A stretch of 64,000 nucleotides of DNA from Candidatus Nanopelagicales bacterium (GTDB taxonomy: Bacteria > Actinomycetota > Actinomycetes > JAHEKZ01): NCBI GenBank assembly GCA_038316135.1, contig JBBQAL010000002.1:1869-65868 (forward strand). Reading direction: 5' to 3'. Shown here piece after piece: positions 63,608-64,000 of this stretch; within the stretch, counting starts at the first letter, position 1; each line of letters opens with the position of its first letter. The position numbers and the translations under genes were made by a program. The notes beneath the pieces were generated by a model. The model was given only the letters and a program-made list of their open reading frames with translations, had not been told where the DNA came from and made no database searches.

Positions 63608-64000
63608 TCAGGCCGGAGTAGCGACGCCGAGCGCCGCGAGGCGCTCCGCTCCCCCGTCATGCGCAGTGAGAACCCACGGCCCGTCGGCGGTGATCGCCAC
63701 GGTGTGCTCGAAGTGTGCCGACCAGCGCCCATCGACGGTGACGACCGTCCATTCGTCGTCGAGGGTCTTGGTGTGCCGTCCGCCGAGATTGACCATGGGC
63801 TCGATCGCGAGGGCCATGCCAACCTCGAGCCGGGGTCCATGGCCCGGCTGGCCATAGTTGGGGACGCTCGGCTCCATGTGCATCGACGTCCCGATGCCGT
63901 GGCCAACGTACTCCTCGACGATCCCGTAGTCCCCCGACGCCCGCACCTGTGTCTCGACGGCATGGCCGATGTCGCTGAGGCGTCCGCCTGCGCACGCCTT
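63608..64000 (-). CDS. map: Methionine aminopeptidase type I (C-terminal part; gene continues beyond the window end)
   Basis: [18 protein letters not shown]...AIEPMVNLG...HFEHTVAIT metal-ligand motifs. The reading frame is open to the window edge. Confidence 0.85.
   Translation of the reverse strand, partial: KACAGGRLSDIGHAVETQVRASGDYGIVEEYVGHGIGTSMHMEPSVPNYGQPGHGPRLEVGMALAIEPMVNLGGRHTKTLDDEWTVVTVDGRWSAHFEHTVAITADGPWVLTAHDGGAERLAALGVATPA

Overview
High-GC (roughly 68-72%) actinobacterial chromosomal segment with no mobile elements, CRISPR arrays, tRNA or rRNA genes detected. Most genes lie on the minus strand in a conserved order that mirrors the Mycobacterium guaB to map neighbourhood. From high to low coordinates: map (partial), a TauE/SafE permease, infA, rpmJ, rpsM, rpsK, rpsD, rpoA, rplQ, truA, the rplM-rpsI-glmM-glmS-acpS-nnr-alr-(alpha/beta hydrolase)-tsaE-tsaB-rimI-tsaD block, groES-groEL1 with CIRCE operators, whiB3-like, sigD-rsdA, guaB-guaB3 and guaA. 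Accessory modules are inserted into this backbone. (1) A translationally coupled pair of Rieske-domain fusion oxidoreductases (Rieske plus glutamate-synthase FMN domain, and Rieske plus ThDP enzyme of the POX/ALS family), followed by an ECF sigma and a ZAS-type anti-sigma. (2) A complete egtA-B-C-D ergothioneine cluster. (3) A SigK/RskA-like sigma/anti-sigma pair upstream of a DUF4331 secreted protein, a TPR protein and a His-rich COG2215/RcnA-like membrane protein, interpreted as a putative envelope metal-handling module. (4) A second ECF sigma/anti-sigma pair with a lower-GC secreted protein. (5) A CarH/LitR-like B12-binding MerR regulator divergent from whiB. (6) An orphan NarL-type response regulator. 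(7) A heterodimeric ABC exporter between guaA and guaB3. (8) A methyltransferase, an ABM-fold protein and a TAT-secreted PHP-domain protein inserted between groES and tsaD. (9) An orphan carbamate kinase next to an ABC-F ATPase. Structured non-coding signals include two CIRCE-like elements upstream of groES, a long hairpin in the groES-groEL spacer, a convergent-gene terminator hairpin, and several short tandem or direct repeats. All functional calls are based on motif and synteny recognition by eye; no database search was run.
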